Below are positions 27,149 to 40,542 of a stretch of 64,000 nt of DNA, in pieces (positions within the stretch are counted from its first letter, which is position 1; every line of letters starts with the position of its first letter). The DNA comes from Eledone cirrhosa (lineage: Eukaryota): the NCBI GenBank assembly GCA_964016885.1, contig OZ024743.1, forward strand, positions 49,414,001-49,478,000, in the 5' to 3' direction. The notes below the pieces were generated by a model that saw nothing but the letters and a program-made list of their open reading frames with translations, was not told the origin of the DNA and searched no databases. Position numbers and translations under genes: made by a program.

Positions 27149-27529
27149 TGTAAAAAAGAGTGTAAAACATTTAAAACCAATTTTACATTTTTTGGTGTTG
27201 ATTGTTGGCAAGGTATAGAATATAGTGATGAAATTTGAAGGATTACCGTGTAGAATGACAGTAATACTATAAAGGGTAGTGGATGATGTAGGTGCACTAT
27301 TTCTAAGGTTGATGTTATTTGTATATTAGTGTTTAAGTATTTCTTGACCTTGGATAGGAAACCAAGTCACTTTGATGGAACTATTGGAAAAACCAAGAGG
27401 ATGGCACTGAATATTAACTATTGTCTATATCTGTGTAGAAGTCACAACAATTCCTTGAAAATACAATGTGAAAAATCAGTATGCTATTCATCTACTGGTC
27501 CTACACAAGCTAAACTATAATAAAGTAAG

Positions 27530-27820
27530 GAGTGCGGGACTGCGTACGGTTTATTTCTTTTAATCCAGTTAGTAAAATAAGTTGGATTACTTTGAATAAA
27601 TAATGAATGAATATTACATAATTTATCTAATAAATTTTGTGGCTGTTGATTAAATATATTTTATTACTTATTTAAAGATTCACTTCTTTAAAATGTTCAA
27701 ATGTCAACACTTCCGGTTAGCGATCGCTTAAATAAATATTCATATATTTCCGTCACTAATTTTCTCCTAATGCAGTTTCTATATAATATCGTCTTTTTTT
27801 AATGTATCATTAAATGTATC
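27530..27820 (+). promoter_or_regulatory. Candidate promoter: CpG-retaining patch with an ETS-type motif
   Basis: About a dozen CpGs in 27531-28010 despite AT richness and CpG-poor surroundings. ACTTCCGG at 27709-27716 lies about 110 bp before an ATG. Confidence 0.5.
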
Positions 27821-27990
27821 ATGGATTACGTTACTGATTACATAAGACAGTATAACGCAGTCTTCGTTCAATTTCTGTGTATATTGTCAATTATGATTTT
27901 ATTTGATGTATCATATCATATCCAAAGGGTGGTTTTTCTGCTAGTCTCATTTAAAGATATATGGTACTGTATAGACATTGTATTTAAAAT
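27821..27990 (+). CDS. Probable first coding exon of a hydrophobic (membrane) protein, identity unknown
   Basis: ATG-led frame MDYVTDYIRQYNAVFVQFLCILSIMILFDVSYHIQRVVFLLVSFKDIWYCIDIVFK ends exactly at a consensus donor AT|GTAAGT (phase 2), downstream of the promoter-like patch. Confidence 0.5.
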
Positions 27991-28236
27991 GTAAGTTGGA
28001 TTTAACGACTGGACCTACCAACCCCAGTTCAAAATACATACATTGTAAATGTATATAAAATGCAGGTGTGACTTATCTACCAGTATATACTATTCTACAC
28101 TAGTATATACAGCAAATTTGAAGATCTTATTTTGGTAAATAACGAAAGTATTGATAACAACATTGTCACTATGGGTCATTAACAACCACCAAAGCAGAGA
28201 AAGAGATGCGGAGGGTGGGTAGATGGGTAGTAGAAT

Positions 28237-28500
28237 TTTGCTGAAGCATAGAACAAACTAACTGCATCAGTTGTTAGCTGTCGAGACACTGCATCCTTTA
28301 AAACCTCCATGCTTCCTGAGATTCATCAGCACTACACCTGATGTTTCCCCTCCATACACACGCACACGTTTATTTCATGACTAGTACACTGTTCATTTTC
28401 CTGACATTTGTACATTATTCTATGTACTTTACATGCACCTTTGATGAGTTGTAGTGCACCTGAGCACTGTACACAATAATTTCATTATTATTTATTATTA
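28237..28500 (+). mobile_element. CR1/L2-type LINE 3' end
   Basis: tttgctgaagcatagaacaaacta...(decayed WNKLP-like end)...gtgcacctgagcactgtacacaataatttc followed by an (att)n tail. Confidence 0.55.
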
Positions 28501-29543
28501 TATATATATGTAGGTAAGTAGGTTTAGGTGGGTAGGTAGCTAGCTATGTATGTTAAGGAATATAGATTATTTTCAAGAAGTGTCATTGAACCAATATCAT
28601 GGGAAAAAAAGAAAAGAAAATATTCCAAGATGATGAAAAGAAGAAAATATTGCAATTTTGTCCAGCAAATCAGACAGCCATTGAAATACATTCTACTGTG
28701 TGTTGTAATTGTTGAAATGTTAAATTGGTTATTTTTTTACTTATTCTAGATCATTGTTAATGGCTTCATTTTAAATGTCTTATTCTGGCATCCCAGATAT
28801 ATTTTCTACTTTAATCTAAATATATTTCACTAGTTGTTAGCGATTTATTCTCTTAGACATTATCACTTTACGGTGACAACTGTGCATTAGCTGCAACATA
28901 AAGTGCAATTTACTGTGGAATTCTTCCCAGAAAAAGTTTTTATGTCCAATATTATGATAGGCACCATCACACGTGTGTTCAATTCTTTCATGTTGCTTAC
29001 AGAAATAAAGAAACATAGTTCAACAGCCTTTATATGTACAATAATACTAGATTTATATTAGACATGGAGAAATAGTTTGGTGCTTTAGCGTAGAAGTGTG
29101 CTCAGTTTAATTATTTATTGAATAAATTACACAGCTTCCAAGATTAATTTAATAGTGATTTCATTATATTGTAGATAAAGTAGCCATACTAGACTATTAT
29201 CACATATTTCATATTGAGCCTATTCTCCTTCTATCTGTCTTTCATCATCATCATCATCATGGTTTTTATGTCTGGTTTTCCACACTTTCATGGGTCAGAC
29301 AGCATCTCTCCACACATTGTGATTCTTTGATATCTCCACTGTGAGCATTCTATCATGACACGAACAGCAGGGAAGTTGTCATATACCTGACACCGTTGAA
29401 CTGTCCTCCCAACCTGTAGTATTTGAAGTCTAGTTTCAACTTATAATCATTATTGTTTATATGGGTTAAACAAGACTTTTAAGGCAGGCTGTTTTCCTTA
29501 TGGCTGGATGCTCTTCTTCATGCCAACCCACATCTTATTCTAG

Positions 29544-29768
29544 TTAACCCTTTAGCATTTACATTATTCTATATATACTATTGTATTTTTATGGTAAACA
29601 TTTTATCTCACATATCCCACATAATATTGAATCTGTGAGATTTTGATATAATTTATTTTGAGAACAATACCTTAACATCAGTATGAGTGACTGGTTACAG
29701 CCAATTTGAACAGAAAAAGGTGAGAGAATTCTGGCTGGATATGGCCAGTTTAAATGCTAAAGGGTTAA
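29544..29768 (+). mobile_element. TTAA MITE, family A
   Basis: TIRs ttaaccctttagcattta / taaatgctaaagggttaa. Confidence 0.9.
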
Positions 29769-30387
29769 GGTATATCCTCTTGATGTTTCTCAAACTACTT
29801 AAGACAAGGTGGGGGGTCATAGTAAGAAGAATGTGAGAACACAACTAGAGTAAACGGTGTAGGTGGGGGAGGGATTGGAAGGGAGATAGTAATGGCAGGG
29901 GATAATGGAAGACAGTCTAGATGTGTGTGGGTGGGAGGGGTATTGGAAAAGGGATAGTGTAATTTGAATTAACACTTATCAATTAACACAGTTACACCAC
30001 CAAATAGTTGGTACTTGGATTTATTTTTGTCACATATCCTGGTAATAATATTTGTTAATTCCTCCATTAACTGTAAAGGTAAAAATAGTTTCTTCGTTGC
30101 CGGAATATGAAGAAGACAGAGAGCTGTTAATGGTTTCAGTTTACCAAGTCCTAGTTATATATACAAACTTATTGATCAAAAAGATATTTTCAGTGTTTTA
30201 GGTTATATTAAATGTTAAGTTATTTCTTTTTTCTTCTTAACACAACAGTAGCAATATTATGCTGCTGCTGGCATTAACTACCCCCCCCCCCCCCCCAATA
30301 TCTGTCAACTTCCCACTAGTTTAGACTGGTTTCATTGAACCAAGATTCAGTATGGAGTAATTGAATTCTTATAAGAGAGGAATTGCT

Positions 30388-30451
<64 letters not shown>

Positions 30452-30461
30452 CCACCATCAC

Positions 30462-33400
30462 CAGGGTGAGAAGGTATGTCATGTTGTATGATAGGTATAG
30501 TAGGGAACAGAGTGAGAAGGTATGTCATGTTTATTGATAGGTATAGTAGGGAACAGGGTGAGAAGGTATGTCATGTTGTATGACAGGTATAGTTGGGAAC
30601 AGGGTGAGAAGGTATGTCATGTTGTATGATAGGTATAGTTGGGAACAGGGTGAGAAGGTATGTCATGTTGTATGATAGGTATAGTTGGGAACAGGGTGAG
30701 AAGGTATGTCATGTATGACAGGTATAGTAGGGAACAGGGTGAGAAGGTATGTCATGTTGTATGATAGGTATAGTAGGGAACAGGGTGAGAAGGTATGTCA
30801 TGTATGATAAGTATAGTAGGGAACAGGGTGAGAAGGTATGTCATGTATGGCAGGTATAGTTGGGAACAGGGTGAGAAGGTATGTCATGTTGTATGATAAG
30901 TATAGTAGGGAACAGGGTGAGAAGGTATGTCATGTTGTATGATAGGTATAGTTGGGAACAGGGTGAGAAGGTATGTCATGTATGACAGGTATAGTAGGGA
31001 ACAGGGTGAGATGGTATGTCATGTTGTACTACAGGTATAGTTGGGAACAGGGTGAGAAGGTATGTCATGTTGTATGATAGGTATAGTTGGGAACAGGGTG
31101 AGAAGGTATGTCATGTTGTATGACAGGTATAGTTGGGAACAGGGTGAGAAGCTATGTCATGTTGTATGACAGGTATAGTTGGGAACAGGGTGAGTAGGTA
31201 TGTCATGTTGTATGACAGGTATAGTAGGGAACAGGGTGAGAAGGTATGTCATGCTGTATGATAGGTATAGTAGGGAACAGGGTGAGAAGGTATGTCATGC
31301 TGTATGATAGGTATAGTAGGGAACAGGGTGAGAAGGTATGTCATGCTGTATGATAGGTATAGTTGGGAACAGGGTGAGAAGGTATGTCATGTTGTATCAC
31401 AGGTATAGTTGGGAACAGAGTGAGAAGGTATGTCATGCTGTATGATAGGTATAGTAGGGAACAGGGTGAGAAGGTATGTCATGTTGTATGATAGGTATAG
31501 TAGGGAACAGGGTGAGAAGGTATGTCATGCTGTATGATAGGTATAGTTGGGAACAGGGTGAGAAGGTATGTCATGTTGTATCACAGGTATAGTTGGGAAC
31601 AGAGTGAGAAGGTATGTCATGCTGTATGATAGGTGTAGTTGGGAACAGGGTGAGAAGGTATGTCATGTTGTATGATAGGTATAGTAGGGAACAGGGTGAG
31701 AAGGTATGTCATGTATGATAGGTATAGTTGGGAACAGGGTGAGAAGGTATATCATGTTGTATGATAGGTATAGTAGGGAACAGGGTGAGAAGGTATGTCA
31801 TGTATGATAGGTATAGTAGGGAACAGGGTGAGAAGGTATGTCATGCTGTATGATAGGTATAGTTGGGAACAGGGTGAGAAGGTATGTCATGTTGTATAAG
31901 TATAGTTGGTAACAGGGTGAGAAGGTATGTCATGTTGTATGATAGGTATAGTAGGGAACAGGGTGAGAAGGTATGTCATGTATGGCAGGTATAGTAGGGA
32001 ACAGGGTGAGAAGGTATGTCATGTTGTATGACAGGTATAGTTGGGAACAGGGTGAGAAGGTATGTCATGTTGTATGATAGGTATAGTTGGGAACAGGGTG
32101 AGAAGGTATGTCATGTATGGCAGGTATAGTAGGGAACAGGGTGAGAAGGTATGTCATGTTGTATGACAGGTATAGTTGGGAACAGGGTGAGAAGGTATGT
32201 CATGTTGTATGATAGGTATAGTTGGGAACAGGGTGAGAAGGTATGTCATGTTGTATGATAGGTATAGTAGGGAACAGGGTGAGAAGGTATGTCATGTATG
32301 ACAGGTATAGTTGGGAACAGGGTGAGAAGGTATGTCATGCTGTATGATAGGTATAGTAGGGAACAGGGTGAGAAGGTATGTCATGTTGTATGGCAGGTAT
32401 AGTTGGGAACAGGGTGAGAAGGTATGTCATGTATGATAAGTATAGTAGGGAACAGGGTGAGAAGGTATGTCATGTATGACAGGTATAGTTGGGAACAGGG
32501 TGAGAAGGTATGTCATGTTGTATGATAGGTATAGTAGGGAACAGGGTGAGAAGGTATGTCATGTTGTATGGCAGGTATAGTTGGGAACAGGGTGAGAAGG
32601 TATGTCATGTATGATAAGTATAGTAGGGAACAGGGTGAGAAGGTATGTCATGTATGACAGGTATAGTTGGGAACAGGGTGAGAAGGTATGTCATGTTGTA
32701 TGATAGATATAGTTGGGAACAGGGTGAGAAGGTATGTCATGTTGTATGATAAGTATAGTAGGGAACAGGGTGAGAAGGTATGTCATGTTGTATGATGGTA
32801 TAGTTGGGAACAGGGTGAGAAGGTATGTCATGTATGACAGGTATAGTAGGGAACAGGGTGAGAAGGTATGTCATGTTGTATGACAGGTATAGTTGGGAAC
32901 AGGGTGAGAAGGTATGTCATGTTGTATGATAGGTATAGTTGGGAACAGGGTGAGAAGGTATGTCATGTTGTATGACAGGTATAGTTGGGAACAGGGTGAG
33001 AAGCTATGTCATGTTGTATGACAGGTATAGTTGGGAACAGGGTGAGTAGGTATGTCATGTTGTATGACAGGTATAGTAGGGAACAGGGTGAGAAGGTATG
33101 TCATGTATGACAGGTATAGTTGGGAACAGGGTGAGAAGGTATGTCATGCTGTATGATAGGTATAGTAGGGAACAGGGTGAGAAGGTATGTCCTGTTGTAT
33201 GATAGGTATAGTAGGGAACAGGGTGAGAAGGTATGTCATGCTGTATGATAGGTATAGTTGGGAACAGGGTGAGAAGGTATGTCATGTTGTATCACAGGTA
33301 TAGTTGGGAACAGGGTGAGAAGGTATATCATGTTGTATGATAGGTATAGTAGGGAACAGGGTGAGAAGGTATGTCATGCTGTATGATAGGTATAGTTGGG

Positions 33401-35258
33401 AACAGGGTGAGAAGGTATGTCATGTTGTATGATAAGTATAGTTGGGAACAGGGTGAGAAGGCATGTCATGTTGTATGATAGGTATAGTAGGGAACAGGGT
33501 GAGAAGGTATGTCATGTTTATTGATAGGTATAGTAGGGAACAGGGTGAGAAGGTATGTCATGTTTACTGATAGGTATAGTAGGGAACAGGGTGAGAATGT
33601 ATGTCATGTTGTATGATAGGTATAGTTGGGAACAGGGTGAGAAGGTATGTCATGTATGGCAGGTATAGTAGGGAACAGGGTGAGAAGGTATGTCATGTTG
33701 TATGACAGGTATAGTTGGGAACAGGGTGAGAAGGTATGTCATGGTGTATGATAGGTATAGTTGGGAACAGGGTGAGAATTTATGTCATGTTGTATGATAG
33801 GTATAGTTGGGAACAGGGTGAGAAGGTATGTCATGTATGACAGGTATAGTAGGGAACAGGGTGAGAAGGTATGTCATGTTGTATGATAGGTATAGTAGGG
33901 AACAGGGTGAGAAGGTATGTCATGTTGTATGGCAGGTATAGTTGGGAACAGGGTGAGAAGGTATGTCATGTTGTATGACAGGTATAGTTGGGAACAGGGT
34001 GAGAAGGTATGTGATGTTGTATGATAGGTATAGTTGGGAACAGGGTGAGAAGGTATGTCATGTATGACAGGTATAGTAGGGAACAGGGTGAGAAGGTATG
34101 TCATGTTGTATGATAGGTATAGTAGGGAACAGGGTGAGAAGGTATGTCATGTTGTATGATAGGTATAGTAGGGAACAGGGTGAGAAGGTATGTCATGTTG
34201 TATGGCAGGTATAGTTGGGAACAGGGTGAGAAGGTATGTCATGTTGTATGATAGGTATAGTTGGGAACAGGGTGAGAAGGTATGTCATGTTGTATGACAG
34301 GTATAGTTGGGAACAGGGTGAGAAGGTATGTCATGTTGTATGGCAGGTATAGTTGGGAACAGGGTGAGAAGGTATGTCATGTTGTATGACAGGTATAGTT
34401 GGGAACAGGGTGAGAAGGTATGTCATGTTGTATGATAGATATAGTTGGGAACAGGGTGAGAAGGTATGTCATGTTGTATGATAGGTATAGTAGGGAACAG
34501 GGTGAGAAGGTATGTCATGTATGGCAGGTATAGTTGGGAACAGGGTGAGAAGGTATGTCATGTTGTATGATAAGTATAGTAGGGAACAGGGTGAGAAGGT
34601 ATGTCATGTTGTATGATAGGTATAGTTGGGAACAGGGTGAGAAGGTATGTCATGTTGTATGATAGGTATAGTAGGGAACAGGGTGAGAAGGTATGTCATG
34701 TTGTATGACAGGTATAGTTGGGAACAGGGTGAGAAGGTATGTCATGTTGTATGATAGGTATAGTAGGGAACATGGTGAGAAGGTATGTCATGCTGTATGA
34801 TAGGTATAGTTGGGAACAGGGTGAGAAGGTATGTCATGTTGTATGATAAGTATAGTTGGGAACAGGGTGAGAAGGTATGTCATGTTGTATGATAGGTATA
34901 GTAGGGAACAGGGTGAGAAGGTATGTCATGTTGTATGATAGGTATAGTAGGGAACAGGGTGAGAAGGTATGTCATGTTTATTGATAGGTATAGTAGGGAA
35001 CAGGGTGAGAAGGTATGTCATGTTGTATGATAGGTATAGTAGGGAACAGGGTGAGAAGGTATGTCATGCTGTATGATAGGTATAGTTGGGAACAGGGTGA
35101 GAAGGTATGTCATGTTGTATGATAGGTATAGTAGGGAACAGGGTGAGAAGGTATATCATGTTGTATGATAGGTATAGTTGGGAACAGGGTGAGAAGGTAT
35201 GTCATTCTGTATGATAGGTATAGTTGGGAACAGGGTGAGAAGGTATATAATGTTGTAT
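30462..35258. repeat. 46/43-bp tandem minisatellite, about 105 copies
   Basis: Unit cagggtgagaaggtatgtcatgttgtatgataggtatagt(a/t)gggaa, preceded by a (CAT)n run. Confidence 0.99.
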
Positions 35259-35498
35259 AAGTGTGGTGGAGATTGTCCAGAGGATGCAAGGGAGGAGGTA
35301 CAGTGATGATGTAAACAGCTATTAAAGAGTTATGACTGGTACTTTTGGATTTAAATGAGATGGAGGTGGTCCTGGATAGAGTGGGATGGGATGTACAGTC
35401 ATGTGAGGATAGTTTCTATGGGTGGGTAGTGGCATGGGAATGGGTCACATTTTAGGTGGGACTTCTGTAGTACAATATGTCACCAATCCCTGTGGTTC

Positions 35499-35548
<50 letters not shown>

Positions 35549-35676
35549 GCTATGAAATCCAATATATGGGCCGAGTGGTATCTTATTACAGCTGTGAAGT
35601 ATTAGGTTGGACAGAAAGTTCTCACAATTTTTCAAATGTTTGTTAACTTCGGCATTTTTTAACATCAGGAACATTT

Positions 35677-36632
35677 TTACAACTCGAAATAACTGGCATC
35701 ATTTGTGATTACCATCTGCCATCATTTAGGGAAGCATATAATTCCAGTCCTGTAGAATTCTTCTGGTTTCAATGCAAAGAATTCTGTCCACCACTGATTT
35801 AACTGGTCTTCGACTGCATTGTATTGCTCATCGAGAGATGAAGGTGATAGTTTGTTGGCAGGAGGTCTGGAAAATACAGTGAGTGGGGCAGTAGCTTCTC
35901 ACATGTCATCCTTGATGTATGCCAGGTTATCATGAAGGAATAAAACAGGACCATGGGGCGGGCACACAAGTGTGATTTTTGCCACTAATCTGTCAAGTTG
36001 TTGGCAATAAATGTCAGAGGTTATGCTGGTGTTTTGTGGGAGCAGTTCTGAGTTGTCGACACCTTTTCAGTTCCACCAGATTCTCAGTAGAGCCTTGTGA
36101 GGGTGGAGGCCAGCCTTTGCTTGCTGTTGTGGCACACTCTTTATCAACTTATGATCGCTTGCACTTTACATTAATGAAGCAACACCATTTTTCATCACCA
36201 GTCACAATGGAATGTAACCAGCTGGTTGTTCAATGGTAGGAGAGAAGTCAAAGCTGTCATCTAACATTCACAATTACAGTCAGTCAGATTGTGGGGCAGC
36301 CATTAGTCCAGTTTGGACACCTCTATTGCATACAACTGATTGAGCATAGTTGCTTTTGATGCCTCAAGCACTTCGGAGAGTTGATATGATGCCTGGCGGC
36401 GGTTGGCTTCTGCCAGCTCATCATTGAAGTCAGATGGACATCCTGGGTGAAGTTGATCCACAAGGCTGAAATCACCGGAACAGAAGCATGTGCACCAGAC
36501 CCTGACACTGCATTCAGACATGGTGCATGTCCCAAATGTATTGTTAATGTGACAACTTGATATTGCTGCACTTAGGCCAGATTTGAAGTCATAAAGTAAA
36601 CAGTTGTGAATAAATGATTTGGATAGATCCAT
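35677..36632 (-). pseudogene. Mariner transposase pseudogene
   Basis: HTH region MDLSKSFIHNCLLYDFKSG...FCSGDFSL, then WLPHNL (WVPHEL), IVTGDEKW, LHDNLA (HDNA) and HSLYFPDLLPTNYHL (YSPDLAPSDY), with stops and frameshifts. Confidence 0.92.
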
Positions 36633-36697
36633 GTTGCTTCCCTTTTGACATAACAGAAAATAAGAAATATACATAGTGCATACCAACGTCAATTCTT

Positions 36698-36911
36698 ATC
36701 ATCATCATCATCATCAGGTTTAGCGTCCGTGTTCCACGCTTGCATGGGTTTGGACGGGGGTTTTCCCACTTGAGGCAAGAGTGGTTGTCTTGCTCGCATA
36801 GGACTGTCTGGCGGGTTTTCTACAGTTGGATGCCCTTCCTAACACCAACCACATTTACAGTGTGGGGCTGGGAGGTTTTTACCGTGTTGCCTACACGGCC
36901 ACATTACAGCG
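36698..36911 (-). mobile_element. SINE with RTE-like (GAT)n tail inserted into the mariner 5' region
   Basis: (atc)n, then catgggtttggacgg...ctacagttggatgcccttcctaacaccaacc. Same family at about 20061, 23768, 51013, 51470 and 54116. Confidence 0.85.
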
Positions 36912-37051
36912 TATATATGTGCAAATGCTCAACCATTGACATTTCCAGAAAACTCTATCAAAATACCTCCTTTTAAAAAATAGTGGGAACTTTCTGTCCA
37001 ACCCAATATACTGGAGATAGTTTATGCTCTTAAGTATGAAACTCCTGGTCC

Positions 37052-37280
37052 TTAACCCTTTAGCATTTACATTATTCTATATTTACTGTTGTATTTTCAC
37101 AGTAAAGGCTTTATCTTACATAATTATCTCACGTAGTATTGAATCTACAAGATTTTGATGTTATCTATTTTGAGAACAATACCTTAATGTAGGTATGAGC
37201 AGCCAGTTACAGCCGGTTTGAATAGAAAGAGGTGTGAGAATTCTGGCTGGATATGGCCGGGTTAAATGCTAAAGGGTTAA
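37052..37280 (+). mobile_element. TTAA MITE, family A
   Basis: TIRs ttaaccctttagcattta / taaatgctaaagggttaa. Confidence 0.9.
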
Positions 37281-37915
37281 GTCACTGGAATAGTTTCATA
37301 GCTATGATAATATATAAATATATATGATGGGCTTTCTAAAGTTTCTGTCTACCAAATTCACTCACAAAGCATAGTAGGAGACACATACTCAAGGTGACAC
37401 ACAATGCGACCTGAAACAGTGTGATTCCAAATCAATCTTCTTAACCATACAGCCATAATTAGAAGAAATTCTGTTAGAATTGCTTCAAGTAAGTGAGCAG
37501 TGTTGTCTTCTGATTGCTTTCTTCCAGCATACTTTACCAACTTAGAGTTTGTTAATTCACTTGAAATTCAACAATGAATGATTTATTGAAGACAAATTAC
37601 ATGAATTTCTTGTTTATTTCATCATGCTTCAATTCAACTTCAAAATTTTAGATTTGTCTCAAAAGCTTTTTTTTTGTAGTTTTCTTCCTTATAATTCAAT
37701 ATTTTTTTGTTTACCACTCATGTTGAAATAGTAATTTACTGTTTTTTCTTGTTTTTTTCTTCTGATTTTCTGAAATATATTTAATTTCTATAGAATTAAA
37801 TGGAAATTTCGCATCAACTTAATTTAACATCTTTGCTATTACCATCATCATTTGTTATATATTCTAGAATATTTTTAACTGCTGATTTTGAGGTCATAGA
37901 AAAATGAAAAAATTT

Positions 37916-38131
37916 AAAACAACTAAATGCTGTCAATGACAGCGAAGGACAGAAATACCTCAGAGAACAGACGAGCAGACAGTAGTCGATAGAGAGACAC
38001 TCCACAAGGTGGGTGACAGGCAGATGAGTTACCCACTTCATGGATTGTCTCTCTGCTGACCACTAGCCTCTGCTTTGTGTCCTCTGTGGCATTTTTGACC
38101 ATCGCTGTCATTGACAGCATTTGGCTGTTTT
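37916..38131. repeat. Fold-back element (~95-bp imperfect arms), probable palindromic MITE
   Basis: aaatgctgtcaatgacagcga...gtgggt pairs with acccac...tcgctgtcattgacagcattt. Confidence 0.85.
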
Positions 38132-38567
38132 CACAGCTGTTCTAGGGATATGTCTCATCCATATTTTACAATTTGGGGCATAGTTTCAACAGCTGGGTGT
38201 TCCTTTTTACTACACCAGCCCCTTTACAGAGTGTACTGAGTTCATCATGGCACCAAAATGAGAAAGATTGTCATGTCCTTGTTTGATTTTCAACCACTTT
38301 AAAGAATGCATTGGGTACATTTTATTGTGGCTCCAACATTAGATTAGTTTCTATATACATTGCAAGACTAATGAGACCTCTCTGCCCTATATAGTCTCTG
38401 TTCATCCAAGTCAATTGTGATCAAGAGGGTGATTAGAAGGGGAATGCTCTGTAATAAATTGTAAGTAAGCTTAGCAATAAAATAGGGGTTGTAATAGACA
38501 CCTTGCTTTATAAACATTAATAGAATCATATGCTTATGCTGAAGATAGTGTGTGCCTGTGTGTAGTG

Positions 38568-39062
38568 AAGCTGTATGGTTTAGTTTTTAATGTGTTTTGC
38601 TCATGATTGTAAAGCAGTGAGTTTGATTTCCAGACTGGGCAGCATGACTCTTTGAGTAACACTCTTTATTTCATATTGCTCCAGTGGGAAAAAATAAGTT
38701 GTGCCTGTGATTCAAATGGCCAGCCTTGTCACACACTGTATCATGCTGAACCTCTGAGAATATTTGTTTCTACTTTTGCCACAAGGCCAGCAATAACCCA
38801 GTGTATTACTGGTACTTTATTTTATTGACCCTGTAAGGATGAAAGGCAAAGTTAACCTCGGCGGGATTTGAACTCAGAATGGCAAGGGCCGTAACTCTAT
38901 GCGTCAAAGCATGGCGTCCGACCCTCTACCGATACTGCCAATTCACCAATCTCTGTTAAGTGCATATGTGATTGGGGAATGCTACGTCACTTGCACATAA
39001 ATTTCATTAGCAGGCTGATCCATTGATCAAATAATTGGAATATTCATCAGAACTGATGGAGG
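38568..39062 (+). mobile_element. CORE-like SINE interrupted by a younger SINE
   Basis: The head and ctttatttcatattgctccagt core match 51210-51360 in reverse. SINE-like sequence resumes after the insert at about 38950. Confidence 0.55.
38763..38948 (-). mobile_element. tRNA-derived SINE (nested insertion)
   Basis: Near-identical in reverse to 61843-62031. Confidence 0.9.
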
Positions 39063-39284
39063 TTCAACAACACCGAGGTTGTCTCATACACACATATATG
39101 GCATCCATCAGTGTTGTCACATATATATATATATATCTATACACACATATGTATGTATTATATATATACATCTCAAACCATTAAACTGTTTGTTTACTTT
39201 ACTTCAAGAAAATATCTTCAACACCAAAACATTATCTTCTTCATTTCTTATTTCTGTTTCTGATATTTGACTTTAGTAAGGTGT

Positions 39285-40492
39285 TACTAGTAGTAGTGGT
39301 GGTGGTGATACTACTACTACTACTACTACTACTATTACTACTACTACTACTACTGCCAAAACCACCACCACTACCACCACAACCACCAACACTACCACCA
39401 CCACTAACACTACCACCACAACCACTACCACCACCAACACTACCACCACCACCAACAACACTACCACCACAACCACCACCACTATCACCAACACTACCAA
39501 CACCACCACCAACACTACCACCAACAAAACCACCACCACCACCGACACTACCACCACCAACATCACCACCACCGACACTACCACCACCACCACCAACAAC
39601 ACTGCCACCACCACTGCTAACACTACCACCACAACCACCACCACTATCACCAACACTACCAACACCACCACCAACACTACCACCACTATCACCAACACTA
39701 CCAACACCACCACCAACACTACCACCACCACCACCAACAAAACCACCAACACCACCACCACCAACAACAACAACAACACTACCACCACCACTGCTAACAC
39801 TACCAATACTACCAACACTACCAACACCACTATCACCAACACTACCAACACCACCACCAACACTACCACCACCAACACCACCGCCGACACCACCGACACC
39901 ACCACCACCAACACTACCACCACCACCAACACCACCACTACCACCACCAACACCACCACCACCACCACCACCGACACTACCACCATTACCGACACCATCA
40001 CCACCAACACCACTACCACCACCAACACCAACACCACCACTACTACCACCACCACCACCAACACCACCAACACTACCACCACCACCAACTCTACTATCAC
40101 CACCACCAACACCACCAACACCACCACCACCAACACCACCAACACCACCACCACCAACTCTACCACCACCACCACCACCACCACCACCACCACCACCACC
40201 ACTACCACCACCACCACCAACAACAACAACAACCACACCATCTATACCACCACCATCATCACCACTACCACCACCACCACCACCAACAATACCACTACCA
40301 CCACCAACAATACCACTACCACCACCACTACCACCAACACCACCACTACCACCAACACCACCACCACCAACACCACCACCACCAACAATACCAACACCAC
40401 CACCAACACCACAAACACCACCACCACCACCACTACCACCACCAACACCACCACTACCACCACCAACACCACCACCACCACCAACACCACCT
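39285..40492. repeat. Degenerate (CCA/CTA/CAA)n triplet tract
   Basis: Low-complexity tract that produces the spurious Pro/Gly/Val ORFs. Confidence 0.97.
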
Positions 40493-40542
40493 TTGTTCTA
40501 TATTTTACTTTATTCCACTCAATAATTGTTGCAGTTTTCCAG

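Larger units (their letters stand above)
35602..37006 (-). mobile_element. Tc1/mariner DNA transposon, decayed but full span
   Basis: ~31-bp TIRs (ttaggttggacagaaagttctcacaattttt versus the reverse complement of 36976-37006) with TA on both sides. Confidence 0.95.

Noticed and set aside
28546-28749. 67-aa ORF with a basic then hydrophobic stretch
   Set aside because: No convincing splice signals or recognisable motif.
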